A stretch of 11,934 bases of DNA from Oopsacas minuta. Lineage: Eukaryota; Animalia; Porifera. A program made the position numbers and the translations under genes. Under the pieces are notes generated by a model that made no database searches, was not told the origin of the DNA, and saw nothing but the letters and a program-made list of their open reading frames with translations. The DNA lies in contig JAKMXF010000157.1 in NCBI GenBank assembly GCA_024704765.1, forward strand, positions 1 to 11,934, in the 5' to 3' direction. Of this stretch, positions 1-7,720 are shown piece after piece; positions within the stretch are counted from its first letter, which is position 1; each line of letters starts with the position of its first letter.

Positions 1-1110
1 TGAATGGTAACTTTCGGAACCGTTGTTGGTTGTGATATTTATGTCATTAATGGAGAGTTCCTCCGGGGAAATTTGATTTATCCACCTCCTCTTGAAGTAA
101 TTCTTCAGCTTTTCGAGTTTTATTCCCTCAGAGTTTTCTGGCACTTGATAAAATTAAAAGTGAGAATGATTAACGTGGCTGGCAAAAATGGGATAGACAT
201 CAGCTGTTTAATATATTTTCAATTTCTTGCTTGTTACGGTATCCTTCTACAAGTCCAAGCTTTTGGGTTTTTTTCCCAGATACCCTGGGTGAAATGAACC
301 AGCATCCATAAATCTTTACCTGGGGATAAGTTTCTCGAAACGCATTTCGAGAGGCGTGTTCCCAATCTGAAATTGAGGCCAGAGGTCGAAAGTGAGGAAT
401 ATTTCGCGAGATGCTTTCCAGTATAGCTTGATACAGCTGTTGGTTTTTCCCGATCAATAAGCAGTGTATCACAGGTAGAGTGTGCATTCCCACTGAAATG
501 AACATGGTCCACAACTGATAAAATAGAATGGGTACAGTAAAGAATATCCCATCGTATTGTATGTTGGTAATTTGTGATTAAAAATCTTTCATCGGCTGTG
601 AAAAGAATACCACACCAAGTTCATTGCCAACAGAGACGCTAAATTTGTAATACTTCCCGAAGTTTGTAGTTGTTATCATGTCACTAAATTCCAATCTGTC
701 TGAGGGATCTTAGGTTCTAGAGCTTTTCTCGCCCGAAACATGGTGGATTCGCATTCTGAAAAAGATATTTCACATGCCCGTGGATCATCTCTTTGTCACA
801 TCATCGAAAACCTTCCGGAGATTAATTTGCGAGTTTCTTGTAACAGTCTTACATTTTGTTTTGAGAGCGAATAATTCAGTTTTATACGCCTCACGGTCAT
901 GATTATGCGAATTTAAGGGAGTAATCAGATCTCTTTCACGATTGAGTTACATGTTCCTTTGCAACCACCTCTGAATGAAGCACACCTTAGATAAACAAAA
1001 TTGACATTTAATTCAGAAAGAATGTATTTGTTTCCATCTGACGTAGTGAAAATCTTTCCGACAGTACGTTTAATTCCTCCAATGTATATTCCATCAAAAT
1101 AATTAGTTGT
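1..1110 (-). pseudogene. MULE (Mutator-like) transposase pseudogene, frameshifted, continues past position 1
   Basis: Joining minus-strand frames gives YLRCASFRGGCKGTC...PLNSHNH (FLYWCH/WRKY-like Zn finger, ~895-995), ISFSECESTMFRARKALEPKIP, QYDGIFFTVPILFYQLWT (first catalytic D, 542-553), LPVIHCLLIGK, SDWEHASRNAF...YPQVKIYGCWF/HFTQGIW (second D 359-367, CxxH motif), LKNYFKRRW and TTNNGSESYHS (catalytic E, ~1-33). Several frameshifts and stops are present. ORFs 200-514 and 234-512 are fragments of it. Confidence 0.93.
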
Positions 1111-1269
1111 AAATATATACCAGAGACAAAAATGTTATTAAATACGATTGAGGTGGGGAACTTGTTTGGTTCCTCCAGAGAGATCAAATTCAGTGGCAAA
1201 CAACAATATTTTTGGCTGATATGATAAAGGCATTGGAGTAGTGCATTCAACACTACATCATGAATGAAC

Positions 1270-1363
1270 CATTCTAACAAATGCAAACATATGAAAACTC
1301 ATTCTAACAAGTGCAAACTGTAGAAAATCTAACAAATGACAACTTCAAAATTATAACAAATGC
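1270..1363 (+). repeat. Degenerate tandem repeat, ~23-30 bp unit, 4 copies, core (TC)TAACAA(A/G)TG
   Basis: CATTCTAACAAATGCAAAC at 1270, CATTCTAACAAGTGCAAAC at 1300, TCTAACAAATG at 1328, TAACAAATGC at 1354. Confidence 0.8.
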
Positions 1364-1445
1364 TGCGTCTCCCAAATTATCTTGTATTAGATGGTATTCA
1401 TCCAAATCGTGAACTTAGAAATTGTTCTAGTACGATTTTAAGTGC

Positions 1446-3423
1446 CATGGATGTAGTTGAAATCCGTTGACTTAAATTAAAGATGACCGAATTTACACAG
1501 TCTAAGAAGCAAAGTACATTGGTTTAATACAAAATATCATAAAATAAGTGACACATTAAATATGAATTGGGTTTAGAAATTTAAAATAGGAACAATTTGG
1601 GTTTCAACTTCTTCAATTTTCTAGTGTTTTCTACATTAGACTTCAAGGGTAGCAGGCATTCATATTTTTAAATTTATTGGATAAGATACAGTATTAAGTA
1701 GAGGTCAATACTTTGGCTAATATATCCCACATTAGTGCACCACAACTGTTGCACATATCTCTCCATAAGTGTATGAGAATTTTCTAGATGAATCGGTAAC
1801 AAAACTACCCAGTAAGCCTGGTTGATTCTCAATAGCAGAGAACAATTTCTACAATGTAATAATTGCGTCGATCACACAACTACTTGGCCATTTAAGAGCC
1901 GCGGTCGATCTGAATTAACGATTTCAACCTTCTTTCTGTTTCAAGTATCTGGCAGTAGCTAATGTGGTATTGTGGTCCTGACATCATTCGGTATAATCCA
2001 AAGTGATGCTCAAGGGGATCATTTTGCAGAAATGAAGACAGTACATACAAATATCCACAATTTTCAGTGAGATGGTTAACAATAGACGGAAGTGCAGGCA
2101 AGAGTGACGAAAACTGGAAAAAGTTTGAGGACTTAATTACCATTTTGTCAGGCATGGCGCGCCAACAATTTGCCAAATCAACTACACGTTGGAGAAAACT
2201 AAATCTAGGATCATTGTCGGTTAGTGGAATGGAAAATTCATCTTTTAGAAGGATACCCTTATTAGGAATATTGTTAGTGAAGATCTTCCATACCGTGCAC
2301 GTTATGCTAATTAAGTCGGAAGTCTGTGAATTTGTAGGAAGGTGGTATCGCAATTGGGAGTTGACATTCAATGCAGCGGCTGTTGATTTATCAAATATCC
2401 TTAATTCTAAACTAACATTCTGTCTTTCAAATGTGGAAGGCCAACAAACTTTAGAAGTTAACCTTGGAGCTAACTTACCAATTGGGTGTTGATCACTTTT
2501 GTACAATTATCGTATCTCTTCAAAACTGCAGTGTTTGAAACGTGTTACGTTCATAACGTTCATAAGATTATTATCTGGACATAAAACTTGAACAAAGAGA
2601 CCTCATGCTCCTACATTTTGAATAACTGCTTTGATTATAGGAAATATTTCAACAGCAGATTAATTAGCACAAGGAAGTGACGAACAATACTTTACCATTT
2701 CTTCGACAAACTGGATACCATGAATGCGAAAACAGTTTTAGCAAGATCAGAAAGATCCAGAGAAGATCCTATAATCTTCCCTCCCTTGTATGTAAAGTTG
2801 ATTTTGCATGAATTTCGTCCATCTGAATTACAACATTACACTCCCATCTGTTAAACTGGTGGCTGATTGCTTAAGATAGTTTATAAACTCAGAATCCAAA
2901 CCAAAATTTGAATACAACCGCTTAAGTGTAGAAAGATTTGGTAAGGATAAGCTATCTAAGGATTGTAGATATACATAACAAACTGGCGATATAAGCTGAC
3001 ATTTGAGAGAGAGTACAAGAGTTTCAAAGTTGTATCGCTTTATATTTTTCGATTTCAAAACGTTCTCTAGTTGACATAGTATGATCTTAAGACAACAAAA
3101 TACAGGCTGGCCCCCAGAGTTTTCTCCAATTGAAGGAAAGAGTAGGTCAATGAACACCTGCAGTTGCTTCTCTGACATGCTGTTGAAATATCTCAACAGA
3201 ATTAACATTGGTGGTAGCTGGATGCTGGTTATCAACTTCCTTTAGTAATAGATTAACTCCATGAGTATCATGTATCTGAGACAGGAATAGAGAAAGTCGT
3301 ACACCTTCATAGTAACCAAGAGTATGTAGTGATTCTGTAATGGTTAACGAACAACAAATCGAAATCAAACCAGTAACTGTTTTAAAAGGTTTGATCAAAT
3401 TCAGGGCTTAACCGACATCCATG
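1446..3423 (-). mobile_element. Internally deleted P-element superfamily transposon
   Basis: Inverted termini CATGGATGTAGTTGAAATCC (1446-1465) and the reverse complement of 3404-3423 (CATGGATGTCGGTTAAGCCC) match 15/20 with the first 9 identical. The CA...TG ends bracket the P transposase remnant. No 7-8 bp TSD is recognisable. Confidence 0.72.
1581..3400 (-). pseudogene. P-element/THAP9-type transposase pseudogene
   Basis: Motifs in order: CYVYLQSLDSLSLPNLSTLKRLY (HTH region), QMDEIH (first catalytic D, 2808-2822), KTVFAFMVSSLSKKW, GLFVQVLCPDNN (second D, ~2570), LYKSDQHPIGKLAPRLT, FERQNVSLELRIF, YVLSSFLQNDPLEHHFGLYRMMSG (catalytic E, 1998-2026), DRG/LKWPS, and terminal RKLKKLKP with stop at 1581-1583. 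Multiple stops and frameshifts. It covers ORFs 1892-2506, 2828-3235 and 3147-3398. Confidence 0.95.
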
Positions 3424-3523
3424 GTCCAAATTTTCACTCCAGTGAACAGGCCTTATTATAACGTAGGTCAAGGTTCAGATTTAAACTATGAATAGTAAAC
3501 TTTCCTAGTGACCCTCGTATATA

Positions 3524-3855
3524 CAGTGGACCCTCATGATATCATATCTCTCGGGCATGAGTGTTTTATGACATTAACTGAGGTATTCTATAGTCCGAGA
3601 AGTAAGTTTCCCGCTTAATGTCATACTTCTTGTCCGAATGTGACATTATCCGGGATATTATGGGAATCCAATTCATATTCGTTGTATAAATGTGCATGTT
3701 CAGTACTAAATGGCAATAGATGTAGACATAACTGTATGCAAACGAGTTTGTTCACACTGTATGTTATTTTCTGGGAAGGATACAAATCTGACCACATTTT
3801 TATTACAATATCGGGATGTGACATAACGCGATATGACAATAACAAAGTTTCTTAG
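3524..3855. mobile_element. Degenerate Tc1/pogo(Tigger)-like MITE
   Basis: Starts TA|CAGTGGACCCTC and ends ...GACAATAACAAAGTTTCTTAG|TA. Internal motif TGACAT(A/T)A / TAATGTCA recurs in both orientations. The two ends match only about half, so the right boundary is uncertain. Confidence 0.45.
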
Positions 3856-4140
3856 TACAAGAAGTAACGAAAATGTTTTGTATTTAACTTTTTATTATAA
3901 TAAGTGGGTTCTTCTATTAAGTGGTATAATAATAAACGGGATTCACTGTTTATAATACATACTAGCGCGCTTCGCTTGCTAGGTCGCTCCGCGATAGGCG
4001 GCCTTATTCTTTCCACTTCCTTCCTCGAATTTAGCTTAAGTACACATTGACTAACTTTCTTAGTGCTTTTGGTCGCTAGGCTGCTGGATATACTCAGCAC
4101 TACATGACTCGGAAAATAGAGGAATAAATGGGATAAAAAT

Positions 4141-4174
4141 AGGAACAATTTTACGAAGTGGTAAAATTGTTCCT
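4141..4174. repeat. Perfect 14 bp inverted repeat (hairpin)
   Basis: AGGAACAATTTTAC-gaagtg-GTAAAATTGTTCCT, followed by GTTACG-aa-CGTAAC at 4179-4192. Confidence 0.9.
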
Positions 4175-4503
4175 TTTTGTTACGAACGTAACACTTAGGC
4201 AGTATTAGGTTATAGTAGAGCAATTTTAAGATTGCTGTGTCAGGAGCCGATTCTCCTGAAATCATTATTTTCGCCAAATAGAACTCATGGAATTATTACG
4301 TCATCGTGTCTGTACAAAAATTGAAATCTCCAAATTTCGAAAAATTTTAGAATTTCTCACTGTACAAGGCACAAAGTGTGGAGATTACTAACCTAAAACC
4401 ACGTAGGAGCTCCAGTGTCACAACCAAAGCCCATTAAATGTAATTTCGAAGGCCCATGAAGATCAAATCTTAAAATTTCCGATGTTGTATATTCTAGCAC
4501 GAA

Positions 4504-4621
4504 GTGCTGAGTATACCCCGTCGCGTAGCGACCTAAATCACTAAGAATTTCTGTTTCATCCTTAAGCTCACTCCGAGGCACTAAGCTGTCTCACAGCGAC
4601 CTAGCAAGCAAAGCGTGCTAG
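4504..4621 (+). mobile_element. Second Helitron-like 3' end, opposite orientation
   Basis: 4595-4622 matches the reverse complement of 3961-3988 at 26/28. Patchy homology extends back to GTGCTGAGTATA (4504-4515 vs 4089-4100). Ends CTAG|T. Confidence 0.6.
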
Positions 4622-5040
4622 TATTTCATTCTTTCGGGTGCGATATACAAATTCAAAACATCATATCATTTAGGCATAATTATCCTTTCCTTAACAACGG
4701 ACAAACAAACTGACACTAAGATTGCCGTGGAAATGGAGATTCAATCCACATTCTCATATTAACAACCATTGTGATTACATAATATTCATTCGAAACATCC
4801 TGATCAGATTGTCAACTTAGTTTAATGTGAAAAACCAAAAAGTGAGATTGGCTCATACCTGCGAGAGCGAGAATTATGACGGGTACTGCTGTCCCCGTTA
4901 TCCGTTACCTGTACTGTATTACTGAATACTGAGTAACTGAGCACAACACGGATTGGTAGTTTTGTATCCGTATAAATGATGCGTATTTGATACCTGTTTG
5001 ATTACATTCTTTGTCGATTACCTCGATGTTTTTTATTCAG

Positions 5041-5097
5041 AAGACCATCTACTACAAGGAGAAAAAGCTTAATATTGGGCCCGCAATTCGCAAGCAG
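5041..5097 (+). CDS. boule: Boule/DAZ-family RNA-binding protein, exon encoding the end of the RRM (KTIYYKEKKLNIGPAIRKQ)
   Basis: Acceptor TTTTTTATTCAG| and donor |GTAAGC, 57 nt, phase 0/0. YKEKKLNIGPAIRKQ matches human BOLL YKDKKLNIGPAIRKQ at 14/15 as I recall that sequence, and DAZL has KKLKLGPAIRKQ. Confidence 0.9.
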
Positions 5098-5112
5098 GTA
5101 AGCCAATAAGTA

Positions 5113-5225
5113 CAGGGTGGCGGAATGTGCTAAATAGCGGTCAGGCCGGTCATACAATACTACAAGCCATGACAGAAAAGTAGTCAGACCATAGCCTGAC
5201 TAGCCAGACCGTTGCGCCGCCCCTG
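5113..5225. mobile_element. 113 bp MITE with CAGGG termini inside a small intron
   Basis: Left end CAGGGTGGCGGAATG vs right end reverse complement CAGGGGCGGCGCAACG (12/16). Flanked exactly by AAGTA (5108-5112, 5226-5230). Internal hairpin TAGTCAG...CTGACTA. Confidence 0.7.
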
Positions 5226-5284
5226 AAGTACATGTGGTATTTATTTATATTATTAATGTTGAGATTATTCTTTATTTATTATAG

Positions 5285-5312
5285 GGTGGGCAATTTCCGA
5301 AAGCTAACCAAG
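5285..5312 (+). CDS. boule: boule-like exon (GGQFPKANQ), 28 nt, phase 0/1
   Basis: Acceptor TTTATTTATTATAG| and donor |GTATGT. In frame with both neighbours. Confidence 0.78.
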
Positions 5313-5374
5313 GTATGTATCTAAGCTATACATACGAGATATGATACGTAATTTTATTTAAATGTTTCTATTAG

Positions 5375-5454
5375 AATTTTTAACAGGACAGATTAAGATT
5401 TTTATAAACTCCAGTCACTCACCTGTGTATACTCCTAGCAGCAGTGATAAAATT
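5375..5454 (+). CDS. boule: boule-like exon ((E)FLTGQIKIFINSSHSPVYTPSSSDKI), 80 nt, phase 1/0
   Basis: Acceptor GTTTCTATTAG| after a 62 nt intron, donor |GTGAGT. A second in-frame acceptor (TTTAACAG|, exon start 5387) is also possible. Confidence 0.72.
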
Positions 5455-5522
5455 GTGAGTTATCTTCTCTTGCATATTTCGTATTCTACTAATATCTACG
5501 TGTTTTTCATACAATATTTTAG

Positions 5523-5585
5523 AGTCCGATGATATACTCTCTCTCTCCATCACATTATATGCAATCTATCCCATATTGCCACCAC
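5523..5585 (+). CDS. boule: boule-like exon (SPMIYSLSPSHYMQSIPYCHH), 63 nt, phase 0/0
   Basis: 68 nt intron with branch-like TACTAAT (5487-5493), acceptor ATTTTTAG|, donor |GTGAGT, open frame. Confidence 0.8.
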
Positions 5586-5710
5586 GTGAGTGTATTTATA
5601 CTATTTTAATTTAATTTATCATTTCAATATGTCCTGCCTCTTTGCTTGCTGCATCAGCAAACATCTCGTTAATTGTTATATGATCCATCTGATCTATTAG
5701 TTATCTCTAG

Positions 5711-5782
5711 AATGATTCTCCTACTCCGTATTTTCCAGACCCCACACCTGCCCAAACTCCTTCTCCACTTCACTCCCTACAA
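5711..5782 (+). CDS. boule: boule-like exon (NDSPTPYFPDPTPAQTPSPLHSLQ), 72 nt, phase 0/0
   Basis: Acceptor TTATCTCTAG|, donor |GTAAGT, open frame, C-rich coding-like composition against AT-rich flanks. Confidence 0.82.
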
Positions 5783-5884
5783 GTAAGTATAATCAATATC
5801 ACGGACTTTCAACTTCGTTTTACGGTTAATTCCGAAAACAGTATTATGTACTTCTTATTATTTCGTATTCCGATAATGCAAGAC

Positions 5885-6226
5885 CAGGGATCGGTAAACT
5901 TTTGGGGTTGAGGGCCACATTCACCATTTTAAGACTTTCAGCTGGCAAATAAATTTCAAATGCTATCCTATCCTTAGCAAAGAGAATTTAATGCAAAATA
6001 GAATACAATTTTCACACTTTCTATTAATCATATCTAAATTATTTGTTTATTTATGGATATATAGAGTAAACAAATTTCCTAAATCTCAAAATAAGTGTTT
6101 AAATAAGAATATTTTGGTTGCAAACAAGGATATAGAATTAGTTATTGAAGCTAGGATGGCTGGTTTATGTGAGCTGTATCTGAAGCATGTCCTGGCTGCA
6201 TACTGCCCCCATTTTGCCAATCCCTG
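5885..6226. mobile_element. hAT (Charlie/Buster-like) MITE, 342 bp
   Basis: TIRs CAGGGATCGGTAAA / CAGGGATTGGCAAA (12/14). 8 bp TSD TGCAAGAC / TGCCAGAC (7/8). Subterminal GAGGGCCACAT is typical of this group. Confidence 0.9.
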
Positions 6227-6642
6227 TGCCAGACACAGGAAATGTAATATTGTCGTATAATAACTGAGAAATCATATTTTGGGAATCCAACGATCACATT
6301 GGTTTCTCGGAAATATTGGTGTAATTTATGTTGTGTGATATTCACACCTTTCCATACTTTGCAATATCCTTAAAATCTCGAAAGATGTAAGCTTGGACAA
6401 ATGAATCGTATTAATTTTACTTCGGGTGGAATAACTTATTACATCACTGTATAAATGATGGTGTCAATCCAAAATGCAATTCTTTCGAAATGTGCCAATT
6501 TATTTGATTTGTAAGCATTAATTTTTATCCGAATAACTTACTCTAAATTGATCTATCTTTGATGCCATTAGAGCATAAGTGTTGATCTTTGAATAAAATG
6601 TTGAAATACTGTACTAAATGACCTAAAACGTTTCTACACAAA

Positions 6643-7075
6643 ATATGAAAATTTTGTCATGATGAAGTAGGCACATTTCTGAGTTACATTTGAGACCATG
6701 GATGGCACATGTTTTGTCGATATTTACTTATTCTTCGATAATCGTTGATATTATTGTCAAGTCAGGATTACCATTTTATGGTATACACCCAACTCCCATG
6801 CCCTTGCCATGTTTTGATATGATCTCTCCAAAGATTATTCGCAATCTTGTTAATGGCTATATATGGGTATATTCATGATTACCTCATATTGGAAAGAGAT
6901 ATCTTATCAAAATGTATTATAAGGATATGCAAATTCGGGTATACTGTCTATCCTGACTTCACCATATTTGTAACGATTATAGAGTTGTAAGAGGATATTG
7001 ACAAAACACGCGTAATCCATGGTCTCAGCGATAACTCAGAAATGTGTAACTTTATCATAACAAATTCTTTGATAT
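6643..7075. repeat. Long imperfect inverted repeat (foldback element), arms ~200 bp, spacer ~30 bp
   Basis: About 72/94 identity between ~6653-6745 and the reverse complement of ~6970-7064. Exact blocks CACATTTCTGAGTTA (6672-6686 / 7032-7046) and TGAGACCATGGAT (6691-6703 / 7015-7027). Further blocks AAGTCAGGAT, GTATAC and TTTTGATA continue to the centre. Confidence 0.9.
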
Positions 7076-7622
7076 AATTGAATTTTAATACATAAGATAA
7101 GGAAAAACTTGAATTACCAAATTCCGATTGTCCATCGTCGCATAATTCTACCCCATTTTTTGTTCAAAATCCTAATGTTACTGTCAGACTATATGTAAAC
7201 TGTAGGTTATTGTTGCTTAACCTGGCCAGATATGACCTAAAACCATATTCACACTCTTTATACCTTCACCTCAGTGGCTCAAGTTTTAACAGCATTCGAG
7301 TGCTCACTGTAGTAGTACCGTTGTTCAGGGAATCAAAATTTTCTCCACAACAATGTTATACCGCAGGTTTGTACCTCGAAGCGACTGCTAATGCACCAAA
7401 TTATCATCAGATAAATATCCAATGCGATCTTATACCAGTGCGTTATTTATTACTACTTTTTATATACTTGTGTGGTGGCGTGTAACGTATAGTACGTATT
7501 TGACGTAAACTACATGCTTTATCTCTACGTATTATATAGCATAGGTACAACTATGGCCATTTTGGGTGGACAGACGTCACCTTTGCCACCTTGACTCATG
7601 AGCTTTGTTCCGCCAATGTATA

Positions 7623-7720
7623 CAGCATACTCTCGTTATATCCAACTGCTTGGGACCTCGATTTCATTTTGTTATAAGCAAACTTCGTTGTAGTCGGAGT
7701 TTCGGAATTCAGCTTAATGG
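7623..7720. mobile_element. Truncated Tigger/pogo-like MITE end
   Basis: TA|CAGCATACTCTCGTTATATCCAACTGCTTGGGACC with repeated (C/T)GTTATA / TTCGTTGTA motifs. It stops at the next element and no partner end was found. Confidence 0.5.

Larger units (their letters stand above)
1..1373 (-). mobile_element. MULE element including putative 5' terminal region
   Basis: Transposase remnant plus a subterminal repeat array (1270-1363) ending at GGGAGACGCAGCATTTGTTATAA on the minus strand (~1373). The partner end lies outside the window, so the boundary is inferred. Confidence 0.55.
3962..4721 (-). mobile_element. Helitron-like non-autonomous element (minus strand), boundaries inferred
   Basis: The minus-strand 3' end reads AGCGACCTAGCAAGCGAAGCGCGCTAG|T (GCGAAGC mini-hairpin then CTAG|T). 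A possible minus-strand 5' end reads A|TCTTAGTGTCAGTTTGTTTGTCCG at 4721. Segment 4683-4706 matches 10193-10216 at 23/24. Confidence 0.5.

Noticed and set aside
4-297. 97 aa + strand ORF
   Set aside because: Antisense shadow of the MULE transposase, with no recognisable motif.
1008-1286. 92 aa minus-strand ORF
   Set aside because: Different frame from the MULE N-terminus (GGIKRTVGKIFTTSDGNKYIL...YLRC) and extends into the repeat array.
1270-1363. Repeat array as possible CRISPR
   Set aside because: Units are degenerate and adjacent, with no unique spacers, no cas genes, and a eukaryotic context.
1390-1470. Possible upstream boule exon (DGIHPNR...)
   Set aside because: PNR is not followed by IFVGG, the frame hits a stop, and it overlaps the P-element terminus.
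1583-1598. 16 bp identity AAAATAGGAACAATTT with 4136-4151
   Set aside because: AT-rich with no flanking homology, so compatible with chance in a 12 kb window.
2067-2492. 141 aa + strand ORF
   Set aside because: Antisense shadow of the P transposase core.
3852-4277. 141 aa minus-strand ORF
   Set aside because: Runs through hairpins and the Helitron-like terminus into flanking DNA. No Rep/helicase or other motif.
4880-4975. ACTG-based 7-8 bp degenerate repeats and CCGTTA / ACGGAT...ATCCGT motifs
   Set aside because: Might be a decayed TE subterminal region, but there are no termini and it is too short to classify.
5991-6345. ORFs 5991-6260 and 6151-6345
   Set aside because: They cross the hAT MITE boundary and have AT-rich non-coding composition.
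7210-7485. 91 aa ORF / possible extra boule exon (e.g. 27 nt INIQCDLIP)
   Set aside because: Non-ATG start and no homology recognised. Most acceptors give stops or wrong phase, and the one phase-compatible micro-exon has weak splice sites.
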